Assembly (NCBI GenBank): GCA_024681565.1
Contig: JAILAO010000084.1
Location: 1 to 34,042, forward strand
DNA from: Bacteroidales bacterium
Lineage (GTDB): Bacteria; Bacteroidota; Bacteroidia; Bacteroidales; UBA932
Direction of reading: 5' to 3'
DNA length: 34,042 nt
Shown here: positions 1 to 9,700 of the stretch, one piece after another
Numbering within the stretch: the first letter of the stretch is position 1
Layout of the letters: every line of letters starts with the position of its first letter
Program-made: the position numbers and the translations under genes
Notes under the pieces: generated by a model
What the model was told of the DNA's origin: nothing
What the model saw: only the letters and a program-made list of their open reading frames with translations
Database searches by the model: none

Positions 1-1100
1 TAGATGACCATCGAGCAGAAGATCTTGTAGTTCTCGCGCAGGTCCTTGGCCATCTTGGTGGCCTGGGCCACGCCGCCGAAGATATGGACCGGCGTCACGC
101 AGGCCTGGGCCTCGCCGATGTCGAATCCTTCCTTCTTGAAACCGTCCTGGATGGCGTGGGTGATCTGCCAGCACTTGGCGCGGAGCGCGTCGCCCTCCGG
201 GGAGTCGATGATCTCCATGCGCTTCATGTTGCCGATCACGAGCGGCATCGGAAGGGATTTGGCATACATCTGCGAACGCATGTTGGCCCGCAGGTAGTTG
301 ATGATCTTGTGGGGGCCGGCGACAAAGCCGCCGATCGAAGCCATCGATTTGGCGAAGGCGCCGATGTAGAGGTCGATGTCGTCCATGCAGCCAAGCTGCT
401 CGGAAGTACCGCGGCCGTGGGCGCCGAGCAGGCCGAAGCCGTGCGCGTCGTCGATCAGGATGCGGAACTTGTATTTCTTCTTCAGGGCCGCAATCTGGTC
501 GAGGATGCCGAGCGCACCGGTCATGCCGAACACGCCTTCGGTGATCAGCAGCACGCCGCCGCCGTTCTCCTCCGCCACCTGGCAGGCGCGGGCGAGGACC
601 TTCTCGCAGTCGGCGATGTTGTTGTGGCGGTATTTGTACTTCTCGCCGATGTGCAGGCGGATGCCGTCCAGCAGGCAGGCGTGGCACTCGGCGTCATAGA
701 CGATGACGTCGTGGCGCGCCGTGAGCGCGTCGATCGTCGACACGATCCCCTGGTAGCCGAAGTTGTACAGGAACGCGTCCTCCTTCTTCTCGAACTTGGC
801 GAACGTCTGCTCGAGCTGCTCGTGGTAGCGGGTGTGGCCGCTCATCATCCGGGCGCCCATCGGGTACGCCAGGCCCCACTTGGCAGCCGCCTCCGCGTCC
901 GCCTTGCGGACCTCCGGATGGTTGGCCAGGCCGAGGTAGTTGTTGAGGCTCCAGTTGAGCACCGGGGTGCCGTTAAAAATCATATGGGGGCCCAGCTCAC
1001 CCTCGAGGCGAGGGTACATATAGTAGCCGAAGCCCTGCTCGAAGTATTGGCCGATCGGGCCGCCGCTGTCGCGTTCAATCCTGTCGAAAATGTCTAACAT
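1..1100 (-). CDS. capB: Alpha-oxoamine synthase family PLP enzyme, most likely cysteate acyl-transferase (CapB/SulA type, sulfonolipid synthesis); 3' end cut by window
   Basis: Hand translation from ATG at 1100: MLDIFDRIERDSGGPIGQY...NWSLNNYLGLANHPEVRKAD...YPMGARMMSGHT...IDDAHGFG...GAFAKSMASIGGF (PLP Lys251)...NMRSQMYAKSLPMP (Lys281)...IFCSMVI. Missing from the ORF track, presumably because it has no stop in the window. Confidence 0.8.
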   Translation of the reverse strand, partial: MLDIFDRIERDSGGPIGQYFEQGFGYYMYPRLEGELGPHMIFNGTPVLNWSLNNYLGLANHPEVRKADAEAAAKWGLAYPMGARMMSGHTRYHEQLEQTFAKFEKKEDAFLYNFGYQGIVSTIDALTARHDVIVYDAECHACLLDGIRLHIGEKYKYRHNNIADCEKVLARACQVAEENGGGVLLITEGVFGMTGALGILDQIAALKKKYKFRILIDDAHGFGLLGAHGRGTSEQLGCMDDIDLYIGAFAKSMASIGGFVAGPHKIINYLRANMRSQMYAKSLPMPLVIGNMKRMEIIDSPEGDALRAKCWQITHAIQDGFKKEGFDIGEAQACVTPVHIFGGVAQATKMAKDLRENYKIFCSMVI

Positions 1101-1109
1101 ATCAGGTTC

Positions 1110-1154
1110 AGATTCTTCGTTTCACTCAGAATGACAAAAAAGTCCGGAATGACA
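1110..1154 (-). repeat. Two tandem TGTCATTC-headed REP-like palindromic units (one complete, one truncated)
   Basis: Minus strand reads TGTCATTCCGGAC (1154-1142), then TGTCATTCTGAGTGAAACGAAGAATCT (1136-1110) with an ATTCT/AGAAT stem. Confidence 0.55.
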
Positions 1155-3200
<2,046 letters not shown>

Positions 3201-3220
3201 CAAAAAATATCGGTAATTCC

Positions 3221-4846
3221 TTACAGTTTCAGGCTGAGGCCCACCGTAAAATACGGACCTTTCTCCACATAACCCGGCATGCGCTCGATCGCCATTCCAA
3301 GCAGGTTCCCCGCTTCGGCCCAGACACCCCAGTTGCGGTTGATCCGGTATTCTCCGGTCAGGCCGACATTGGCATAGCCCGCGATCGACGCTATATCTTC
3401 CCGCAGGGACTTGCGGGTCGATGCCGCCTCTACGAATGCCCCCGCAAAGACCTTCTTGTCCCAGTTCCAGATGCCGCGCACATCCGCCGTGAAGGCGGAG
3501 GGAGCAAAGGCGGAGGCTCCCGAAGGAACGGTCAGATAGTTGTATGTGAGCGTACCGTCCACTTCCAGGTTCTCGCTCATCCAGCCCAGCGTCGCCGTCC
3601 CGTAAGCCGTCTGATAGTTCACGAAGGCGACACTGTACAGCGAGGCCAGCGGCTTGTTCAGATAGGAGACATAACCCGCCTCGAGGGCATATTGCAAACC
3701 GGCCTTCCAATGGCCTTCCAGACCGGCACGGACCCGGATCTTCTCCCGGGAGACCGTCGCGGGGACAGAAGCCCGGCGGGCGAAATGATTGACCTGCTTG
3801 AGGGTATAGTGCCCCTCGATCTGCTGTCCGCCGGAGACACCGGCGTACAGGTCCAGGTCGGCATCCAGCAGGGCCAGCCGGAGCATCACGTCGGGAGCCA
3901 GGGTAAAAGGTTTGTTCGCGCTGTTGTTATATTCCGACCAGTCGAAACGGACACCGGCATCTACGCGGACGGGGCCGAGCAGGAAGTCCAGATGCGGCCG
4001 CAAACGGACGAAATTGGTGTTGTAGCCGTCCCGGAACATCGTCTCATATACGCCGAGGGATTCCATTTCGAAGACTCCGTCGAGGAGGATCTTGTACTTT
4101 TCCTGCAGTACGGGGCCCGTAGACAGTGCGACATAGACATTGCTTTCCCGGACATAACCCGCTCCCATGGACGGGGCATAGGCATCTACGGAATGCCGGA
4201 GACGGAGGTCCAGGTCATAGAAAAGATAGTTGTCCGGGCGTTCCCGGGACTGGACGCGACCGGCCGCGAAGACGGAATTGAATCCGGAACGGTACGTCGG
4301 GCTGTCTCCCTCCTCGCCGGCGAAGATGCCGTCATAACCCAGCTGATAGGACAGACGGACGGCAGGGCGGATGGTCTGGCCGTTGATCGAGACATGGCCG
4401 TCCATATCGTGCCCGCTGAAGCTGTCCCCTCCTCCGTGCGGACGGTAGCGGCCGGCATAGCCGCCGGCATCGACAAACAGTCCGATCGTGAAATTCTTCT
4501 CCTCCAGCATCTGCCAGGCCAGCTCGAGCTGCGGATGCAGGGAATACCCGGCCCCGGCCCGGAGATACAGCTTGCTGCCGTCATAGAGCCGTGCCTGGGG
4601 GGTGACCCGGATCCGGTACGGCGAGAATTCATAGGACCCCCGGTAAGGGGTATCGAAGACCGAATAGTCGAAATTATAATCGAAGCGGTACAGCGAGTCC
4701 GGCACCACCAGCGAGCCGCCCTTTTTCTGGAAATCCGCGAAACGGGTGACGTAATCGTTGGTAACCTGGACCGTCTGGTTGATGTTCTGCGCAAAGACCG
4801 GCGCGCAGAGTACCAGTGCCGCAAAGGCGCAAATGGATTGTTTCAT
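3221..4846 (-). CDS. Outer-membrane beta-barrel protein of unknown function (TonB-dependent-receptor-like barrel, no obvious plug)
   Basis: Signal peptide MKQSICAFAALVLCAPVFA; many amphipathic Tyr/Gly-rich strands; C-terminal strand PYFTVGLSLKL; 541 aa. Confidence 0.75.
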   Translation of the reverse strand: MKQSICAFAALVLCAPVFAQNINQTVQVTNDYVTRFADFQKKGGSLVVPDSLYRFDYNFDYSVFDTPYRGSYEFSPYRIRVTPQARLYDGSKLYLRAGAGYSLHPQLELAWQMLEEKNFTIGLFVDAGGYAGRYRPHGGGDSFSGHDMDGHVSINGQTIRPAVRLSYQLGYDGIFAGEEGDSPTYRSGFNSVFAAGRVQSRERPDNYLFYDLDLRLRHSVDAYAPSMGAGYVRESNVYVALSTGPVLQEKYKILLDGVFEMESLGVYETMFRDGYNTNFVRLRPHLDFLLGPVRVDAGVRFDWSEYNNSANKPFTLAPDVMLRLALLDADLDLYAGVSGGQQIEGHYTLKQVNHFARRASVPATVSREKIRVRAGLEGHWKAGLQYALEAGYVSYLNKPLASLYSVAFVNYQTAYGTATLGWMSENLEVDGTLTYNYLTVPSGASAFAPSAFTADVRGIWNWDKKVFAGAFVEAASTRKSLREDIASIAGYANVGLTGEYRINRNWGVWAEAGNLLGMAIERMPGYVEKGPYFTVGLSLKL

Positions 4847-4850
4847 ACTC

Positions 4851-7823
4851 TTATTCTTGCATTAAGGTAGCGAGACGCTCAAGTCTCATCTTGACATTTT
4901 CCGACACATCGTCCGTACCGTTCTCCGGCTCGTAGCCGTCCCGGATGCTTTCGAATGTGGCCTTGGCCTGGGTATACTGTCCCCGTTCCGCGAAGGCATC
5001 GCCCAACACGACATAGGAGCGGGCCAGCCAATAGGACTGGCCGCCGGCCTTCTGCGAGAAGGCATAGACCTCGTCGTCGACGGCGTCGAATTGACCCGTA
5101 TCGTAAAGATTCTGGATCACCCGGTATTCGGACTCGGCCCCGATGGCCGTGGTCGGATCGGCGCTGAGCTGCTTGAACAGGCCCATCGCTTCGTCGCGGC
5201 GGGATGTCGCCAGGCTGGCTTTGGCCTTGGTGAAAAGGCTTTCCTGCCGCAGGTCCGCGGACAGTTCCGGCTCCGCCGTCACGGCATCCGCGGCCTGGAT
5301 GGCGGTCTCATAATCCTTGCTCCGGTAGGCGGAACGCATCATGCCCACCCGGGCCGCCTGCTTGAGTTCCTCCATGCGTGCGGTACCGAGCAGGGCCTGG
5401 TAGCCTTTGTAAGCATCCTGATAACGTTCCAGCCCATAGGAGAGGTCCGCATAGCGGGCCCGGGCCATCTCCGCGAACGAATAGCCGGATTCGGATGCGG
5501 CGGCTTTGGCATAATATTCCACGGCCTTCTCCTTCTCTCCGATGGCATTGTATGACTCGGCCAGATAGAACTCGGCCTGGTGCAGGTCGGCTCCGTCCGG
5601 ATAGTTCTCCAGATATTTGCGCAGGGTGGGGATGGCCTGCTGGTGGTTTCCGCCCAGATAGAGTTGCTCGGCGGTATTGAAATACATCTTCTCCCGGTCG
5701 GCGTCGCTGCGGTTCTGGGCCAGGGAGTTCTCTTCGACATATTCCAGGAATTTCTCCGGCTGGCGGCGGGTCTGGTAGATGGACTCGATCGCCAGCATCG
5801 CCTCCTCCGCATATTCGCTCTGCGGCATCAGCGAGACCACCTGCTTGTAGCTTTCCAGAGACGCGTCGTAATCGGACATGTTGCGGTAGACCATCCCGAG
5901 CCCGATCAGCGACCGCGCCACGTACGTGTTGTCCCCGGTGTTCTCCCGCAGGCGGGTAAAGGTCCGGACCGCGTCATTGTTGTTCTTCAGGTCCATCTGA
6001 GCGCGGCCGAGTTCGTAGCAGGCCTCGTCATACAGCGGAGCCTGCGGGGAGGCGTCCTCCACATGCAGCAGGGTCGACACCTTGCGGCGCCGGTCGCCCG
6101 AAAGGCCGTACGCCAGGGCCTGCTGGTAATACGGATAGATATCATCGGGCGTGAAGAACTCGGTCAGCACCTTCTGGTAGGAAGTGATGGCGGAACGGTA
6201 ATCCCGGCGGCCGAAATCGCAGTCGGCCCGGCGGATCAGCGCGTCCTCGCGGTTGGCAGGCTCGCCGGTGGCGATATAGTTGTCGAACCAGCGCGCCGCA
6301 TTGGTGTAGTCTCCCTGCTTGAAATAACTGTAACCGATGTCATAGGGCAGCAGTTTGCCTTCCGCCGTGCCATAGAGGCCCGATGCATTGTGCAGATCGG
6401 TGAAGGTTTCCGCCGCGGCGGAATAATTGCCCGCCCGGTATTCGGCCTCGCCCGTCCAGTAACGGGCCAGCTGGTTGAAACGGTCGGTCCTGGGAACATA
6501 ATAAGCCGTCGCGCGGAAGAACGGGACCGCATCCCGGTACGAGCCGCTGGAAAACAGCTGCTCGCCGCGGAGGAAGTTGGCCTTGGTGTAATTGCTGCGC
6601 ATGTCGGGCGTCAGCTCTTCGATATTGTCATAGGCTTCCACCGCACCGGCGTAATCCTTGTCCACCAGGGCGGCCAGGGCCATGTAGCCGTAAATCTGAT
6701 CGCCGCGGGCCTTGGTGGACCACCGGCGGATATAACGGGCGAAACCGGAAGTGTCTTTGTTCAGGTCGAACGAAAGTTTGGCATAATTGAACGCGGCGTC
6801 TTCCGTGATTTCCGGATCGAAGTCCACGGCGGACGCGTCGTAGAAGGCGTTCATGGCAGAAACCTGGTCGTGCGTACGGTAATAGGCATTGGCCAGGTGG
6901 TAGTTGGCGACCTGCCCCAGGGAATCGCTGCGGTCCTCCATCCTGGTGAAGTTCTCGATCGCCCCGGCGTAATCATCCACCGAGTAGAGGACGGTCCCGG
7001 CATAGAAGTAATCCTTGCGGTTCATCTCCTTGCGGGAAAGGTCTTCGTAGTATTGCCGGGCCTTGTCCGGATTGCCTTTGATCAGGTAGGACTCAGACAG
7101 GATGCGGGCCAGACGCTCGCGCCGGGCGTCCGGAAGCGACGGATAGATCCGCTCCCCCTCGCGGATCACGAAATCGTAATTGTTCTGGTTGAACTCGCAG
7201 TCCACGATGAAGAAGTCGGTCAGGTCCTTGAATCGGGCGTCCCCGGAAGCCTTTTTGAAAAGTTCTTCCGCCTCGGCGAACTGCTTGTTCTCATAAAGCA
7301 TCACCCCGCTGAAATAGTTGCCGGACGGGGTGTAGGAAGAAGCCGGCAGGGCATCCAGCCGGGAGAAGAAAGCGGCCGCCTCGGCGTACTGGCCCAGGGA
7401 GAATGCGGAATAGCCGCATTTGAAGAGATATTCAGGTCTGTCGGCCACCGGAAGTTCCTCCACCGGAACGAAAGTGAACTCCGTGGCAGCCTGCTGGTAT
7501 TTGCCGTCATCAAAGAGGATGCGCCCGTTCTCGAAATGCAGAAGCCCGGACAGGCGGGAAGACGGATAACGCAGACGATAGGCGGAGAAGAGTTCCGGAT
7601 ACTCGTCGGAGCGCATCTTGAGGGCGCAGAGGACAGCATATCCATCGCACAGCGGATCCCCTTCCAGAGAAGCAAAGAGCGCCCGCGCCTGTTCATACAT
7701 TCCGTTTTCGTAGAGCCGTACGGCCTGTCGGTAGGTCCGGTTCCCTCCGGGGGTCCCCGCCGTCAGGGAAACGGTGCAGACCGAGACCGCCAGCAGTGTG
7801 GCCACCAGTATTTTTATCTTCAT
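4851..7823 (-). CDS. Large exported tetratricopeptide-repeat protein (990 aa)
   Basis: Signal peptide followed by repeated TPR-type units along the whole length (e.g. YLFKCGYSAFSLGQYAEAAAFF, ACYELGRAQMDLKNNNDAVRTF). Confidence 0.9.
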   Translation of the reverse strand: MKIKILVATLLAVSVCTVSLTAGTPGGNRTYRQAVRLYENGMYEQARALFASLEGDPLCDGYAVLCALKMRSDEYPELFSAYRLRYPSSRLSGLLHFENGRILFDDGKYQQAATEFTFVPVEELPVADRPEYLFKCGYSAFSLGQYAEAAAFFSRLDALPASSYTPSGNYFSGVMLYENKQFAEAEELFKKASGDARFKDLTDFFIVDCEFNQNNYDFVIREGERIYPSLPDARRERLARILSESYLIKGNPDKARQYYEDLSRKEMNRKDYFYAGTVLYSVDDYAGAIENFTRMEDRSDSLGQVANYHLANAYYRTHDQVSAMNAFYDASAVDFDPEITEDAAFNYAKLSFDLNKDTSGFARYIRRWSTKARGDQIYGYMALAALVDKDYAGAVEAYDNIEELTPDMRSNYTKANFLRGEQLFSSGSYRDAVPFFRATAYYVPRTDRFNQLARYWTGEAEYRAGNYSAAAETFTDLHNASGLYGTAEGKLLPYDIGYSYFKQGDYTNAARWFDNYIATGEPANREDALIRRADCDFGRRDYRSAITSYQKVLTEFFTPDDIYPYYQQALAYGLSGDRRRKVSTLLHVEDASPQAPLYDEACYELGRAQMDLKNNNDAVRTFTRLRENTGDNTYVARSLIGLGMVYRNMSDYDASLESYKQVVSLMPQSEYAEEAMLAIESIYQTRRQPEKFLEYVEENSLAQNRSDADREKMYFNTAEQLYLGGNHQQAIPTLRKYLENYPDGADLHQAEFYLAESYNAIGEKEKAVEYYAKAAASESGYSFAEMARARYADLSYGLERYQDAYKGYQALLGTARMEELKQAARVGMMRSAYRSKDYETAIQAADAVTAEPELSADLRQESLFTKAKASLATSRRDEAMGLFKQLSADPTTAIGAESEYRVIQNLYDTGQFDAVDDEVYAFSQKAGGQSYWLARSYVVLGDAFAERGQYTQAKATFESIRDGYEPENGTDDVSENVKMRLERLATLMQE

Positions 7824-7846
7824 AAATTAATCTGTTTCCAATTTGA

Positions 7847-7875
7847 CAAATTTACTCATTTTTGCGCTATATTTG
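7847..7875. promoter_or_regulatory. Back-to-back -7 promoter elements for the TPR gene (-) and ftsE-like gene (+)
   Basis: TAAATTTG on minus (7854-7847) and TATATTTG on plus (7868-7875). Confidence 0.65.
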
Positions 7876-7905
7876 TAGAGTGCATCAAATATTTTTATCC
7901 CAAAA

Positions 7906-8592
7906 ATGGAAGAAAAAAGCACCCCGATCATTTCTTTTTCCGGCGCCGACATCCTCAACGGAGAGAATGTCGTCGTTTACGGACTTGACCTCCAGGTTTA
8001 TCCCGGCCAGATCGTATACATCGTAGGCAAAGTCGGCAGCGGCAAGACCTCGATCTTCCGTACGATTACGGCGGAAAACCGCCTGGGCAAGGGGGAAGGA
8101 CAGGTCTGCGGTTTCAATCTGTCCGGATTGCGCGCAAAAGAAGTGCCAATGTTGCGCCGCCGCCTCGGGGTCGTCTTCCAGGATTTCCAGCTGCTGATGG
8201 ACCGCAGCGTCGAGGAAAACCTCTCGTTCGTGCTCAAAGCCACGGGCTGGAAAGACAGCGCCGCCATCGCCAGGCGGATCAGTGAGGTGCTGGACGCCGT
8301 AGGGATGCACACCAAGGCCCACAAAATGCCGCACCAGCTGTCCGGCGGAGAACAGCAGCGCATCGCCATCGCCCGCGCCATCCTCAACGACCCCGAGGTC
8401 ATCCTGGCCGACGAACCTACCGGCAACCTCGACGAAGAAACGGCCGAAGGGATCCTCCAGCTGCTCGCCAAGATCAACCGGGAGAAGGGCACGGCCATCG
8501 TGATGGTCACGCACAACCGCTCCATCTGTATGCGCTATCCGGGACGTGTTTTCGAAACCCGGGACGAGACCTGTAAGAAGATTACACTATGA
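7906..8592 (+). CDS. ftsE: FtsE-like ABC ATP-binding protein
   Basis: Walker [54 protein letters not shown]; 228 aa. Confidence 0.78.
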   Translation: MEEKSTPIISFSGADILNGENVVVYGLDLQVYPGQIVYIVGKVGSGKTSIFRTITAENRLGKGEGQVCGFNLSGLRAKEVPMLRRRLGVVFQDFQLLMDRSVEENLSFVLKATGWKDSAAIARRISEVLDAVGMHTKAHKMPHQLSGGEQQRIAIARAILNDPEVILADEPTGNLDEETAEGILQLLAKINREKGTAIVMVTHNRSICMRYPGRVFETRDETCKKITL

Positions 8593-9215
8593 CCCTGGCA
8601 CAGCGTTACGAAGCCATTCTCGGCTATTTCCGGGAGAACGTCCCCATCGCGGAATCCGAACTGCATTTCGACTCCCCCTACCAGCTTCTCGTGGCGACCA
8701 TGCTCTCCGCGCAATGCACGGACAAACGGGTCAACATGACCACGCCGGCCCTGTTCTCCGCCTATCCGACACCGGAAGCGCTCGCCGCCGCCTCCGAAGA
8801 GGAGGTCTATGAACTGATCCGTTCCATTTCCTACCCCAACAGCAAGGCCCGCCACCTGGTCGGGATGGCCCGCAAACTGCTGGAGGATTTCGGCGGACAG
8901 GTCCCGTCCGGGATCGATGACCTGATGTCCCTTCCCGGTGTGGGCCGCAAGACGGCCAACGTCGTCGCTTCCATCACCTGGGGAGAGCCGGTCATCGCCG
9001 TGGATACGCACGTTTTCCGCGTCGCGAGGCGGCTGGGACTCTCCCGCGGCACGACCCCCCGCGCCGTAGAGCTGGATCTCGAGAAGCACATCCCCGAGGA
9101 ACTCCGTCCCATCGCCCACCACTGGCTGATCCTGCACGGACGCTACATCTGCACCGCACAAAAACCAAACTGCGCGAGCTGTCCGCTCACGCAGTGGTGT
9201 AAATCATTCAAATAG
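8589..9215 (+). CDS. nth: Endonuclease III
   Basis: LSAQCTDKRVN, HhH motif LPGVGRKTANVV, AVDTHVFRV, Fe-S motif C-x6-C-x2-C-x5-C. ATGA overlap with ftsE. Confidence 0.96.
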   Translation: MTLAQRYEAILGYFRENVPIAESELHFDSPYQLLVATMLSAQCTDKRVNMTTPALFSAYPTPEALAAASEEEVYELIRSISYPNSKARHLVGMARKLLEDFGGQVPSGIDDLMSLPGVGRKTANVVASITWGEPVIAVDTHVFRVARRLGLSRGTTPRAVELDLEKHIPEELRPIAHHWLILHGRYICTAQKPNCASCPLTQWCKSFK

Positions 9216-9233
9216 GAGATTCCCCTATTTTTT
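9210..9233. terminator. Possible weak terminator hairpin between convergent nth and DUF937-like genes
   Basis: AAATAGG(9210-16)/CCTATTT(9224-30) inverted repeat containing both stop codons, followed by Ts. Confidence 0.3.
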
Positions 9234-9680
9234 CTTCAGGATTCCCCCGAGGATGGAAGTGGCGGCACTGAGAATACTGTTGCCGCTGCCGCCCCGGAGC
9301 GAGAGAAGGATGTCGTTGATGTCCACGTCGCCGTCCCCGTCCCGGTCACGGATGACATTGGACAGGCTGCCCATGATCTTGGGCACCAGACCGGAAAGGG
9401 TACCGTTCAGGGCGGAACCCAGATTGAGTTTGCTCAGAATGTTGGTGCTGAACAGGTTGCCGGCCAGCTCCGTCACAGGGCTCGAAGCCACGTCGGATTT
9501 GCCGGTGAACAGGGACTTGAGCATTTCCGCACCGCCGGGGCGGGCAACCGTCTGGGTAAGACTGCCGAGAACGGAAGAAGAAAGGCCATTAAGCACCTGG
9601 CTCTGGGCGTTGGCAGGGATCTGGACACCGTTGGTCATCGAACGCACCTGCTGCATGATAAGGTCACTGATAGAAGCCAT
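9225..9680 (-). CDS. Hypothetical protein, DUF937-like, with an EF-hand-type loop
   Basis: ATG at 9680 (MASISDLIMQQV); Gly/Leu/Ser-rich helices; DRDGDGDVDIND; ends ILGGILKKK. Confidence 0.65.
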   Translation of the reverse strand: MASISDLIMQQVRSMTNGVQIPANAQSQVLNGLSSSVLGSLTQTVARPGGAEMLKSLFTGKSDVASSPVTELAGNLFSTNILSKLNLGSALNGTLSGLVPKIMGSLSNVIRDRDGDGDVDINDILLSLRGGSGNSILSAATSILGGILKKK

Positions 9681-9700
9681 AGTATAATTTGTAAAATGGG

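Noticed and set aside
84-1097. 337-aa plus-strand ORF
   Set aside because: Antisense shadow of the CapB-like gene; no recognizable motifs.
1-1100. Calling the gene bioF, kbl or serine palmitoyltransferase
   Set aside because: It has PMGARMMSG and YAKSLP rather than the GSRFLNG/SAS-type motifs of SPT; no biotin genes are nearby.
3221-4846. SusC/TonB-dependent transporter of a polysaccharide utilization locus
   Set aside because: Too short, no recognizable plug or SusC motifs, and no SusD or glycosidase neighbours.
5580-7988. 802-aa plus-strand ORF and other long antisense ORFs (1593-3185, 9704-11377, 20883-22652, 29084-30691)
   Set aside because: They mirror well-supported genes; high GC at third codon positions removes antisense stops; the translations have no motifs.
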